Below, in pieces: positions 50,054-62,100 of a stretch of DNA of 64,000 nt. The notes beneath the pieces are model-generated. The model was given only the letters and a program-made list of their open reading frames with translations, made no database searches and was not told the origin of the DNA. The first letter of the stretch is position 1. Every line of letters begins with the position of its first letter. A program made the position numbers and the translations under genes. The stretch is taken from contig OZ037766.1 in NCBI GenBank assembly GCA_964035545.1, positions 10,778,722 through 10,842,721 on the forward strand, given 5' to 3'. Source of the stretch: Bugula neritina. Taxonomy: Eukaryota > Animalia > Bryozoa.

Positions 50054-51671
50054 TTAGTAAGGTGATTTTGATCGTGATTTCCCTCTTGAAGCAGATCGTG
50101 AGCGTCTAGGACTGTAGCTAGGTGATCTGCGCCTGCTTCCTTCTCTAGCAACAGGAGATCGAGACCGACTTCTACTTCCCCCATCTTCTTTTACTCTAAT
50201 GTAAGCAGTTTCCCCCTACAAAATGTTAACATGAGATTATTTCCACACTTTTAAAGAAACATGTAAGAATATGTAATAGCTGTTGAACAATTACTGTTCA
50301 TGCTAACATGATGAACATATTACACAAAAAAATAGTGGCAATTTTTGAAAATTACAACAGGAAGCAACGTGGGCATTTCAAAACTTTTTATATAACATTG
50401 ACATTACCTCGTGAGATTTAAATTTGGTGTCGTCTAGTTTGCGTAATGCATACTTCATGTCATCATATTTAAGATATTCCACCACTCCACTTCCATCCCT
50501 ATACACATCGGCATAGCACACATCTCCAGCTTCTCGCATATGATCTTTCAAATCTTGCCAACTACCAGATGGTGGCAACCCTAAACATTTTATAAATGAA
50601 CAATTGTTTTAAACATTATACACAGTCGAAGAAGATGATTATGCTTAGTTTCGACATACAAACCTGTGATTTTCACACGATAGTCCGATCTTCTTGATGG
50701 GGGTCCATATCTACCACGGTCCCCAAAGTCACGACCACGAAAACCACCCCTTCCACCTCTAAATCCACCCCTAAAAGCTCCACGACCACCTCTGGCAAAC
50801 TCAACTCTAAGTGTACAGCCATCCCAATTATAACCATCTCTGTATTTTACAGCATCTTCAGCATCTCTGTAAACGATATATGCAGTTATCAAGTCATAAA
50901 ATAATTTTAATTACAAAACACATTGCACTTAGTCTTAAGCTAGTGAGCTACTGCATATAACAGTTCAATACTGAAATCATCAGGAATATTTACAACCTGT
51001 ATACAACACCAAGTCTAACTAAATGACCACAACTATAAGCAAATCTCATAGCCATAGTCTAAGTCACTGCCATTCACTTTAAGTTTTAGGTGTAGCAGCT
51101 GAAAAATTTCAACTATTACTATTAGTATTACCAAACTAAAACATTTGAACTGTCAGTGTCTACGGATTTGAAATAAAATTCAATGTTAATAATAATTTGA
51201 GGAGCCCAACTAACTTCGTTATATTATGATTTCCTATCCGTAACGCAAATTTCATAGTGTTTTGGGTTTCTCCATTACGCCGGTTACGATTTATATTTAG
51301 TCTTACTTTTAGCAGTCTGAGTTTCAGTTTACTTCAAGACTCAAGTTCAACTTATACTTATAGATATAAGTTATACTTACAGTTACTTTTAGCCCTTACT
51401 GTAACTATTACTACTACTAGTACTACCTCTTAAATTGATGAATAGTCTACGTTGTTACTCTCCGTTTTATTATCGATAAACGACTAGGCGGAATTAAGAC
51501 GCGAGTTTACCTTATATCTTCGAATTCGAGGAAAGCAAATGGCGGACCTCTTCCACCACCATGTTTTATGTCTACATTCCTCAGTCTTCCATATTTATAA
51601 AAAATATCTTCGAGATCATTAGACCGTACATCATCGGGTAAATTTCCAACATATACTTTAGAATCACCCAT
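50054..51671 (-). CDS. SRSF1: Serine/arginine-rich splicing factor 1 (SRSF1/9, ASF/SF2 family), 232 aa, 4 exons
   Basis: Exons (minus) 51511-51671, 50664-50866, 50408-50580, 50054-50215 (699 nt). RRM1 VYVGNLP...[20 protein letters not shown] linker, pseudo-RRM2 [20 protein letters not shown]...[13 protein letters not shown] and a short RS tail. Confidence 0.95.
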
Positions 51672-52942
51672 ACTTTTATGTGAATTCAAAGCGCTGAATT
51701 TTCCTCAAAAAAATTTGAGTTTAAAAAAGTACAGAGAAGCCGTCAGAGGTGGGAATAAAGAATCTCGTATTGTGCGTTATGCATAGCATCATTATGGTCA
51801 TATAGTATTATTGATTATTTACTAGATAAATTCCGACAAAATCACAAGTGTACGAGTAGTCTATTTTGTAGCGTGTCATATTAATTTATTATAAAGTATT
51901 ATCACCATTTTCAAATTTTTATTTTTCTCGCTGGGGAATCATTTTATATAATATTTTCATATAATTATTATGATATTTTTATTTTCCTAACTTGGTAATT
52001 ATCAGATATGAAATTAACGTTTGCATTTATCTCTATCAAATTCAACTATGATTATTATAATTAAATTTACTATGGGTGATGAGTCAATGTGAATCAGAAT
52101 GCTCAAACTCAAAGTCAATCACTTATCTTTATCAGTTTAACCTTTAAAATTAAATTTGATGGTTTCAATCCCTGTATTATTCGATGGGTTTGATCATTTT
52201 TAACTGGACGCGCACAACTAGTGGTCATTGATGGGGGTATCTTCGGGTTTAGCACCCGTGAGTGTGACTTCTGGGGTTCCATAAGGAAGTGTGCTGGGTC
52301 CAACATTATTCGTCTCGGTTTTGTTTATTAATTTAATGACATTGTGATTGTAAACTGCGTTACACATAGTACAATCAGGTTTTTGCTGATAACAGTGTGT
52401 GATTTTTGACGCACGTTTACTATCACACGATTTAACTAGACTAACTTCTGTTGCTAAAAGACTAAGACTAAGAGTAACACAAGCGGAGCCAAAGAAGAGC
52501 ATAAACACAGAATTCACAGCCTGCTGGTTTGAGATTTTTGTGGTCCAGAGATTGTACTGGGTTACAGGGATCTTTTCCCGTCTGCGAATTTTTGATCCCT
52601 GCGGTTGTTTCTGGCTGTGAGTAGTTGGAGGTGTTGAGGGAGTGGGCTCACTTGATAGGCTATATTATTGTAATCATATTAACCAACTCAACAGTTTACT
52701 AAGTGATTGACTAACTCTGTCTGTCTTTGACTAGTAACACTATTTATTTATTTATTTACTTATTAATTCATTTAATTGATCATTTCTTGTCTGTCTTTGT
52801 CTAGTAACACTATTTATTTATTTAACTATTTATTTACTTTCTACTCCTTAAAGTTACTATTTACTAAAAATTCTCTCTGAAAAAAAAAAATAATAAAATT
52901 TAACGCTGTCTTTGGTCATTTTTGAAAATAAAAAAACAAAGA

Positions 52943-53884
52943 ATGACGAAAACCAAAAGGTCAGACTCAACCTCAAGTACTAGCTCATCAACAGCTAAAT
53001 GTACCCAGAGGCAGAGTGCTATACTTAATTTTACTCCGGGACCTACCGTGTCTCAGGCGATGTGTGAAAAATGTACTAAAAAAATAGATGATGAAGATGA
53101 AGGCACCCTGTCAATTGAGTGTGAAACTTGTCTCAATTGGTTTCATTTAGACTGTACTGATCTTATGAAGCAAGACCTAAACACTATTACGAAAAAGGGT
53201 ATTCATTGGTTTTGTGACCAATGTGAAGCTGTGGCATACCCAAATTTTATAACCAGACTTAAAGCCATTGAATCCCACATTGAAAAAAGTTACGATCAAG
53301 TAATGGGTTCATTTAATAATCGCATGACTGCTGTGGAATCTCAACTAACTAGCTTATTTGAGAATCATATTTCTAAAAGTGAGAAAACATTTGCTTCGGT
53401 GGTTGCAAAACTGGAAGATTCCACTACAACAATAAATAAGCAACTAAAGAACCAAGAAGTTCAAATTAAATCTATCAAAACAGAAATTTCTAGTGAAAGC
53501 AGAGCTAAAAATATCATAGTTTTTGGAATTTCCGAGGAACACGACACTACTTTAGATGAATCCATAGGTAAACTCTCAGAAGTTTTAGATTCATGTAGTC
53601 TCAGATTTCACGCATCAAGAGATAATGCCACAAGATTAGGACCAAAAAAAGTTGACAAGATTAGACCCATGAGACTAACACTAGCTTCAGAAGTTCAAAA
53701 ATGGGAATTTCTAAAACGCATCAACGCTCAGAAAATAGAAGGAGTCTTTGCTCGTCTTGACTTGAATAAAGAGGAACAAGAAAAGGATTTTCAACTGAGA
53801 AGCGAGCTGAGGGAATTGAGGCAGAAAAATCCAGAAAACAAGTACAAGATAACAAACGGGAAGATAATAAAAGTAAGACAGTAA
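52943..53884 (+). CDS. LINE ORF1p with PHD finger and coiled coil (313 aa from ATG)
   Basis: CEKC...IECETCLNWFHLDC...WFCDQC (C4HC3 PHD), heptad-rich middle, and RAKNIIVFGISE...RLG...RPMRL C-terminal region typical of CR1-group ORF1. Confidence 0.9.
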   Translation: MTKTKRSDSTSSTSSSTAKCTQRQSAILNFTPGPTVSQAMCEKCTKKIDDEDEGTLSIECETCLNWFHLDCTDLMKQDLNTITKKGIHWFCDQCEAVAYPNFITRLKAIESHIEKSYDQVMGSFNNRMTAVESQLTSLFENHISKSEKTFASVVAKLEDSTTTINKQLKNQEVQIKSIKTEISSESRAKNIIVFGISEEHDTTLDESIGKLSEVLDSCSLRFHASRDNATRLGPKKVDKIRPMRLTLASEVQKWEFLKRINAQKIEGVFARLDLNKEEQEKDFQLRSELRELRQKNPENKYKITNGKIIKVRQ

Positions 53885-56637
53885 CACATGATAATCGGAG
53901 AATATTAACAGTAAATGCGAGATCAATAAGGGGGAAAATATTGGAGATTCAAACCCTCTCCGTTGAATACGATATCATTTGTATTACTGAAACACACCTA
54001 GATAATGCATTTTTGAATTCTCAATTGTTTTCTCCCAAAGACAAAGTAGTATATAGAAAAGATCGTGATTCGCACGGAGGTGGTGTATTGATTGCCATAA
54101 ATGTAGAAATTCCCCATAAGCTAATCAGGTGTGAAACAGAAGCAGAAGCAATCACAGTATGTTTTAGACTGGATAGCAAGGAATATTGCAATCTTACTTG
54201 CTATTATAGACCCCCTTCTTCACGTGACATGAACTCATTCTTTGAGTACATGAAAAATATTCACACTAAATACCCAACAAATAGAAAACTCATAACCGGT
54301 GATTTTAACCTTCCAGGAATCAATTGGGAAGATACTGGCCTTTCAACTTGTTGGAGGACATACTATACTGACTTTTGTAATTTTCTAAATGATAATAATT
54401 TGGAACAACTTGTTCATAAATCTACGCACATAGCAGGCAATATATTAGATCTCATCTGTACTGACTTGTCATATAAAGTTCAAAGCACAAATGTAATAAC
54501 ACCGGGTATTAGCGACCATTTCATGATAGAAACGGTCTTGACTGGTAAAGTAGAACAGAAAAAGAAACCATCTATCCCCCCAATCAAGCTATTTCACAAA
54601 ATCGAACTCGGCGGGTTTACAACTGGTCTAGATGAGTTGCTTCATACTATTAAAAACAAAGTGATGTTGAAATATGATATTAATGTTATATGGAATACAT
54701 TTAAGACTGAATTACATAGACTTGTTGATTCATATGTCCCAACTAAACAACGTAAGCCTAGAAATCTACATGAGCCTCTCTGGTTTAATGATGAAGCCAG
54801 ACGGGCATGTAAGAAACAGCGAAAGTTTTACAACCGCTTTCAAACGTCTGGTGATGCTGATCACTTGGCTAAATATAAAGAATTACGTCGCCATAATAAA
54901 AAATTATTCAAAAAACTAAAAGCATCTTTTCTGGTGAATCGTCTATACCAACCTCTTTCCAGTGGCTACACAAAACCGTTTTACAAATATGTTAAAGATC
55001 TAAAAGGGAATGGTAATGAGATTACTTCCATAGAAAATAACGATGGTATCTTGACGTATGATAAAACTAAGATGTCTAACACTCTGAATGGTTTCTTCTA
55101 CAGTGTATTTACCACTCCATCACCTCTACCAGAATTACCATCAGTCACTGAGAAAGATAATATAGTGGTAACTAAAGAAGGAGTTGTGAACCTGCTGAGA
55201 CAACTTGTACAAGGTAAAGCTCCTGGAGTAGATGGATTCACAAAGAACTATCTCACAGTAGACTTAGATCGAACAGCAGAAATACTGGTGTGCATTTTCA
55301 ATCATTCACTCAATACAGGAATAGTGCCAGATGACTGGAAGACTGCAAATGTAACACCTGTGTTTAAACAGGGTAACCGCACTCTAGCTTCCAACTATCG
55401 TCCAGTATCACTAACGTGCATTTGCTGTAAAATTCTTGAACATGTAGTTCTGCATCATTTAAACACACAATTGGAAAATTTGATACATGAAAACCAACAT
55501 GGTTTTCGCCGCAACTTTTCATGTGTTACTCAGCTTGCTACTGTCAACCACGATATATTAAGGCATATAGATAAAGGACATTTTGTAGATGCAGTTGTGC
55601 TAGATTTTTCTAAAGCCTTTGATGTAATTGACCATCATATTCTTGTAAAGAAATTGATATTGTTAAAAATAAATCCCTGCATTATTCGATGGGTTTCATC
55701 ATTCTTAACTGGACGCTCACAACGAGTGGTCATTGACGGGGTATCTTCGGACTTAGCACCAGTGACTTCCGGGGTTCCACAAGGAAGTGTGCTGGGTCCA
55801 ACATTATTCGTTTTGTTTATTAATGACATTGTAAACTGCGTTACACATAGTACAATCAGGCTTTTTGCTGATGACACTCTTGTTTATCTACCCATTACTG
55901 ATCCAAATGATCATCATAAACTACAGGGAGATCTTTCTAGACTTTATAGGTGGGCAAAAGAAAACAATATGAAGTTCAACTCAAAGAAAAGTAATGTCAT
56001 CACTTTTGGTAAGAAAACAGAAAATATGGGAAATGTCTTCACTTATAAATTAGGAGAAGATCCCCTGAATAGAGTTGGAGTTGTAAAATACCTTGGAATA
56101 TTGCTATCAGCAGATTTGAAATGGAATAAGCATGTCGAAAATATCATATCAAAGGCATACAGAGTACTAGGTTTAATCAAGCTCACACTAGGAAATGCCC
56201 CAGAAAATGTTAAAATTCTAGCGTATAAAACTCTTTGTAGACCTCTCCTAGAATATGCTGCTGAAGTATGGGACCCATGCAATAAACATCTAATAACAAA
56301 ATTAGAAGTTACCCAAAATAGGGCTGTACGGTTCATTAAAAATTTAAAGGGTAGAGAAGTATCGGTAACAGATGCCAAAATTGACCTAGGACTAGAAACA
56401 TTAAGAAAGCGCAGACAGTCACAGAGAATTTCTTTGTTGTGTCGTATTGCTGCAAATAATGATTTATTTCCAACCTTAAATAACACACTTAAATCTATGA
56501 AATCCTCAACCCATAACATGAATACCCGTATTAACACTTTCAATGTTATAGCCTGCGATTCGAGCCTGTACCTGCAGGGTTTCCTGTTGCGCACTGTCCG
56601 GGAGCTCCGTACGGGGGAGATAGTAGCGGATTTCTGA
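53881..56637 (+). CDS. LINE ORF2p, APE endonuclease plus reverse transcriptase (start codon unresolved)
   Basis: ILTVNARSI, ICITETHL, YRKDR..GGGV, YRPP, GDFNLP, LDL, SDH (APE); QHGFR, LDFSKAFD, SGVPQGSVLGP, FADD, YLG (RT). Uninterrupted frame. Confidence 0.92.
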   Translation, partial: VTHDNRRILTVNARSIRGKILEIQTLSVEYDIICITETHLDNAFLNSQLFSPKDKVVYRKDRDSHGGGVLIAINVEIPHKLIRCETEAEAITVCFRLDSKEYCNLTCYYRPPSSRDMNSFFEYMKNIHTKYPTNRKLITGDFNLPGINWEDTGLSTCWRTYYTDFCNFLNDNNLEQLVHKSTHIAGNILDLICTDLSYKVQSTNVITPGISDHFMIETVLTGKVEQKKKPSIPPIKLFHKIELGGFTTGLDELLHTIKNKVMLKYDINVIWNTFKTELHRLVDSYVPTKQRKPRNLHEPLWFNDEARRACKKQRKFYNRFQTSGDADHLAKYKELRRHNKKLFKKLKASFLVNRLYQPLSSGYTKPFYKYVKDLKGNGNEITSIENNDGILTYDKTKMSNTLNGFFYSVFTTPSPLPELPSVTEKDNIVVTKEGVVNLLRQLVQGKAPGVDGFTKNYLTVDLDRTAEILVCIFNHSLNTGIVPDDWKTANVTPVFKQGNRTLASNYRPVSLTCICCKILEHVVLHHLNTQLENLIHENQHGFRRNFSCVTQLATVNHDILRHIDKGHFVDAVVLDFSKAFDVIDHHILVKKLILLKINPCIIRWVSSFLTGRSQRVVIDGVSSDLAPVTSGVPQGSVLGPTLFVLFINDIVNCVTHSTIRLFADDTLVYLPITDPNDHHKLQGDLSRLYRWAKENNMKFNSKKSNVITFGKKTENMGNVFTYKLGEDPLNRVGVVKYLGILLSADLKWNKHVENIISKAYRVLGLIKLTLGNAPENVKILAYKTLCRPLLEYAAEVWDPCNKHLITKLEVTQNRAVRFIKNLKGREVSVTDAKIDLGLETLRKRRQSQRISLLCRIAANNDLFPTLNNTLKSMKSSTHNMNTRINTFNVIACDSSLYLQGFLLRTVRELRTGEIVADF

Positions 56638-56754
56638 GCCTGGATAGTTCCGAGGGTCCCACAATTACTCTCTTCGAGAGGTCTTGGGACTTAACCCAAT
56701 CAAGATCAAGATCAAGATCAACACTCTTGTGTACCTGCCCATTACTGATCCAAA

Positions 56755-57334
56755 CGGTTTCATCCCAGATAGACGCTCCCCAGTTACTGTTAGATGTTGG
56801 GCTAAATTTCCCACTTAAACGCTTCCCACTTGGACGCTTCCCAGTTAGACACCATTTTTTATTTTGGTACCATTACATACAGTAATATACCTATAATGTA
56901 TACCTATATAAATGCTGCATTGATTGCTAAATAACTATGGCCAATAGATATAATAGCTAATAGAAATTATCTGGGCTATTATTCCAATTTTCACAGATAT
57001 GTGTATAAGACAAAAAAAGCACCAATTCATTGATAATAGATATTATTTTTAATAAATACTTATTAGCGAAATATCTTTTCAAACAACAAGAAGTATAGAA
57101 AATGCTAAATTAATAAGTTAATGCAGATCAGAGGAATTTATTTATGTGCTAAATAACAAGCAATTGATCCAAGTTTATTAAAATATACATATATTTCAAA
57201 AATATTCAAATAAATTGCACATAGAATATATATTGTACCAAAATGAATAAATAAATAGCGTCTAACTGGGAAGCGTTTAAGTGGAAAATTTAGCCTAGCG
57301 TCTAACTGGGAAGCGTCTATTTGGGATGACACCA
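56755..57334. mobile_element. Non-autonomous TIR element (about 580 bp) with tandem subterminal repeats
   Basis: Left CGGTTTCATCCCAGATAGACGC..., right ...GCGTCTATTTGGGATGACACCA; repeated ACGCTTCCCA[G/C]TT units in both arms. It interrupts the old CR1 copy with an imperfect duplication of (A)TCCAAA(T), so the TSD is 6 or 8 bp; superfamily unresolved. Confidence 0.85.
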
Positions 57335-57609
57335 TTCAAATGACCATCATAAATTACAGGGAGATCTCTCTAGACTTTATAGGTGGGCAAAGAAAACAAT
57401 ATGAAGTTTAACTCAAGAAAAAGTAATGTTATCACCTTTGGTAAAAAAACAGGAAATATAGAAAATGTCTTTACTTATAAATTAGGAGATGATCCCCCTG
57501 AATAGAGTTGGAATTGTAAAATATTTTGGAATAGTGTTATCAGCAGATTTAAAATGGAATCAGCATATCGGAAATGTAATCTCGAAAGCATACAAAGTGT
57601 TAGGACTAA

Positions 57610-57988
57610 AGGCCTGGCCTCACGATCGTGAGAATCACATGAAATCGTGTGACGATTTTCTTGAGTTATCCTCTTGTTTTGACCAGCCACACACTCGTCA
57701 GACGAAACACATAATAAATAGTCCGTGAATGAGTCTTGCACGAGGTACAAACAGCAAAAAATTGTCAAATAGAGAAACGTGGTAGAAATGAAATAATTAC
57801 TGTTGCTAAAATTCTATTGACCAATCAAATGGTACTTATCGTCGATTGTGATTTTTCGTCCATCGTCATCGTTGTGTACATCCAACGATGACGATTTCGT
57901 TTGAATTTCCTCAAATTTTCTCGTACGAATAATATTTCGTGTAAAATAGACGATTTCGTGTGATTCTCACTATCGTGTGGCCAGGCCT
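57610..57988. mobile_element. PIF/Harbinger-type MITE (379 bp)
   Basis: TIRs AGGCCTGGCCTCACGATCGTGAGAATCACATGAAATCGT / ACGATTTCGTGTGATTCTCACTATCGTGTGGCCAGGCCT. 3-bp TAA TSD (57607-57609, 57989-57991). Removing it restores the CR1 sequence. Confidence 0.88.
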
Positions 57989-59125
57989 TAATCAAGTTCA
58001 CACTAGGAAATGCCCCAGATAATGTTAAAATTCTTGCATATAAAACTCTGTGTAGACCTCTCCTGAATTATGCTGCTGGGGTATGGGACCCGTGCAGTGA
58101 GAATCTGATAACAAAATTAGAAGGTACTCAAAATAGGACTGTACGGTTCATTAAAAAATTAAAGAGTAGAGAAGTATCAGTAACAGGTGCCAAATTTGAG
58201 CTAGGCATAGAAACCTTAAAAAAGCGTAGACAGTCACAAAGAATTTCTTTGTTGTGCCATATTACTGCTAATGAGGATTTATTTCCAACCCTAAATAACA
58301 CCCTTTAATCTATGAATTCCTCCACCCATAACATGAATACCCGTATTAACACCTTCAATGCTATAGCCTGCGATTCCAGCCTGTACCTGCAGGGTTTCCT
58401 GTTGTACATTGTCCGGAGCTCTGGGCAGGGGAGATAGTGGCAGATTTCTGAGCCTGGATAGATCCGAGGGTACCACAATTACTCTCTCCAAGAGGTCTTG
58501 GGACTTAACCCAGTCAAGATCAATCATAATCATAATGATAATCATAATGCTTATTATGAAGTAGAAAACCATAAGTTAAGTATTGTATAATATAACCCAA
58601 GACATTATCCTGTTGCATATTTGCTGCTGATGTGGAAAACGTTGACTGCTTAGACCTACTCCTTAATTCTAATTATTGAATTTATTACTACTAGTACTTT
58701 TTTATTTGCAGCTACTGCTAGTGTTACAATTTTAATGCTGTTAGTGTAACTTTTATTTTTAGCTTCTACCAACTCCAAGGTAATGCCGACTAATGCCTAA
58801 AAGTATGTGTGGCCCAGTACCAATTTAATACAATAGGTCTTTGCATTTTACTTTCATTAAAATTAGTTTAGCTACTAACTTTACTAGACTAGTGAATTTC
58901 GAGCTGATACATTATGATTATATGTGTTCAATATATCAGTAAAACATTTTTTGTCAACTTTTGAAGGGTTTCAGGCTGTGCTAATAAAATTTGATATTTT
59001 TTTTTAGTTTAGTAAACCTCAATTTTTCTCATCCCAATTTTTAATAAAGTTTATTTTGCTTTTTGAAGTCACTATGTTTTATTAATTTTCGAGTCACTTA
59101 TATTTTATTAAATTTAGGTTGAAAG

Positions 59126-62100
59126 ATGGCTTTTAACTTTGGAACTCCATCAACACAATCACAACCTGTGCAAACTAGTGAGTGAAAATTCTACTTATCT
59201 ATGTATTTTCATTAGCATCATTAACAGCTTATATTTAATAAGTTTTGCATGAAAGTGTAAGATATTTTAAAGAGACTGCTTAGCTAAATTAAATATGTTT
59301 GGCTCAGCCATATTTTATCGTAGTGAGTGAATGAATTTTAGTGATCAAATTGATGAGCATCTGCTAATAATGGAAGCTTCTTGGTTGTGTTTTTATCAGT
59401 ATGAGTGCCAGTCTGACTTGAGGCGAAGAGTACTGGATATGTTGGTTATCAATAATGGAAAAAATACTAATGAGAAAGAGTAATGTGGTGAATACTAAAT
59501 TTAGCAAAAAATATTAGCTGTTATTATAATTAAAATAAAGTAGTGTATAAAGAACAAATCTCCGCTGCAGTATCAATAAGTAATAAAAAGTTAGCTTCTA
59601 CTATTACTTGAACATCTATCTCTTAGAAGGATGTATTTGGTTGCTTAGTTTGAGCTTTACAAACACTGGCTCTACAAGTTTTATGACACTGCTTTTGCCA
59701 ACTAATTTAAAGGAAGTATCTTCATGTGAGACACATGGGGCAGCCGTGGTTTTCGTTTGCCTAGTAAGCACGAAGTCATCGGTTCGAACCCTGACGAAGG
59801 CCATTAGTGATGTTAGGAAGAGCATCCAGTCATGATTGCTCCTGTGCCCTATCTGAATAAGTCCTTAGCCCACTTTAACAAAACCCCTTCCATCAGGGGT
59901 TCTCACAGAGATACTGACTATAAACTTGTATGAGACACAGTCGTTGCTTGAAATTGAAGTAAATTGAGCATGAGAGAAAAAAAGTGTATATAAAAAGTGC
60001 AAGTTTTACTCCGAGCATGTGTGCATCAAAAAAATAATTTTCATGTAGATGGGTCAAAGTGTCACATGAATGTAAAGTTAATTAATAGGTCAATAATACT
60101 TTCTTTAGACATTTTTTCTACTTCCTAAAATCAATGTAACTACTTTTACAGGGCTAATTGAAATGAGTAATTCATAAGGTTTTCTATTGATGGGGCAAAG
60201 TGCTTGGCAGCTGTTAGTCCTTGAGATTGGTGGTCAACTGTTTGGATTTATCTACAGGCAGCTTTTCTTGCTATGAGTACACGTTAAAAGCCAGGCTGTA
60301 TCAATAAATGATTTATTTGCCCCTACATTGAATTACTAATTCTGTAAATTGAAGTGACAAACTGAAATTCATCGGAATTATATATATAATAAAATTGTAA
60401 TTATTATTAAAGTGATATAAATATTTTACTAGTTAACAGATGAAAAATGATGACGAAATTATGATAATTACCAAAGTTCACTTCAGCCCAGTATCTGTTG
60501 TAGCCAACTATGTCATTAGACATCATTTATAAGCATTAGCTACCAATCACAGTGAGCTACATCTTTCTATTCTTCAAGTGGCTGACCTTTTCAACCTACT
60601 GTTTTATTCCATGCATAATTCATTAACTGTATTGTTCAACTTTTCTATGCACATCAGTTAGTCGGTTTGTTGTTGTGTGAACTGTTTGATAATTTCAATA
60701 TAAAGCCATAAATTGTTGCAGGTTTTCCTTTTGGAAGTACTGCAAAAGTACCAGCTACAGCCTCAAGTTTTGGTGGTGAGTTGTACTATGGAGTTTGAAT
60801 ATATAAATATATATTGGTGAATATGCCAATTTTGGCTTTTGTGAATAATTTTCAAGTAGCAATGTTTTAGATGAATAAAAAAGAAAGTATAATTATTAGT
60901 ATTCAAGAACCCCTGGCTGATAATTACAAACTTGCTTCTTTTTACTCTTAACAGCAACATCCAAACCAGCATTTAGTTTCCAGACACCAGCTACCGCAGC
61001 AGGCACTGCGGCACCTCTTGGAGTCAAACCTTTAACACTAGGAGGGGGTGCTACCACTGCCGTATCGACAACTACGTCTACTGGAGGCTCAGCATTCAGC
61101 ACAGGGACCTCTCTACCTACTCTGGGCGGATTAGTTGGAGGTGCAACAGCCACAACCTCTAGTTCAGGGTTCGGTTTCAAGTTTGGGCCTACTACTACCA
61201 CCACAGCCTCCACTGGTCTGTCTTTGAATCTTGGTGGAGCTACTTCTGGTGGGTTAGGTTTGGGAAAAGGACTTGGAGGTATAGCTACTACTACGACTAC
61301 CACTACAGGCGGTCTTTGTTTAGCATTAGGCACCAGCACCTCTGCTGCAACTAGTTCTTCTGGTGGTTTGACTTTGGGTGGTTTGGGGGGTACTGCTACC
61401 CAACCCGCTACTACATCAGCCAGTGTTGTTAAAGGCCTTGGAGGAGTAGATCCAACCACTAGCACGAAAAATGCAAGCAAGGCTGCTGGTGCAACAGGGT
61501 GTGTATATTTTCAACTACACAACTTCATAATGAATTGTGTAGAAATGTTCTCTGATCAAATATATTAAGAATGATATGTCTGTTGTAACAATCCTTAGGG
61601 TTTATTTTCTTGACCTGTTGTTGCAGTGAATTTATTTCTACTATATATTTTAGTTTAGACTATTGATTTTGACATAGTAATGAGAATGTTATTGCTCATC
61701 AAAACCTGGTGACCTGAGGTGTAATCACGGTGAATGTTGCTTATAGAAGAGTTATCTACACAACCTTTATATGCTGATGGTCTAGACTCTAGAAAAAATG
61801 TCTATAAAATTATTTTTTTACAAAATATTTTTAGGGATGGGAAAAGAGTTAAAGAAGGGGAAATGCCAAATGAGTTGACGGAAACAGTCACTAAGTTCAA
61901 GTAGGTCAATACAAATCTGTGGCATTCTAATGCTCTTTTCTCTAAGAATTTTTAGAATCCTGAGTTTGTCTCATTTTGTAGTGCTTGATAATCGATCTTT
62001 CACTCTTTAACTAGGAAGTACGTGAAAGAGCAAAAAGATATAGGAGCCAAGATATCGGTTGTGTCAAGCTTGCAAATGAGTAAAGTGCAAGAACAAACCA

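Larger units (their letters stand above)
52395..56719 (+). mobile_element. Full-length intact CR1-clade LINE (about 4.3 kb)
   Basis: About 550-nt 5' UTR, ORF1 (PHD), ORF2 (APE+RT), short 3' UTR with hairpin GTCCCA..CTCTC-TTC-GAGAG..TGGGAC and a (CAAGAT)n tail. Flanked by AACA at 52391-52394 and 56720-56723. Confidence 0.93.
52140..58523 (+). mobile_element. Older 5'-truncated, decayed CR1-family copy split into four pieces by three later insertions
   Basis: Pieces ~52140-52394, 56720-56754, 57335-57609 and 57989-58523 are collinear with the young element from ~55670 to its 3' end, with substitutions, indels and stops. Ends GGGACTTAACCCAGTCAAGATCAA. Confidence 0.88.

Noticed and set aside
56770-57320. 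Repeated ACGCTTCCCAGTTAG units as a CRISPR-like array
   Set aside because: They are subterminal repeats within the inverted arms of a eukaryotic TIR element, with no unique spacers or cas genes.
59737-59800. tRNA gene candidates at the B-box-containing repeats (also near 40.9 kb)
   Set aside because: No complete cloverleaf; they continue into a shared SINE body.
60896-61480. 194-aa Pro/Val-rich minus-strand ORF
   Set aside because: Antisense shadow of the Gly/Thr-rich Nup58 exon 3.
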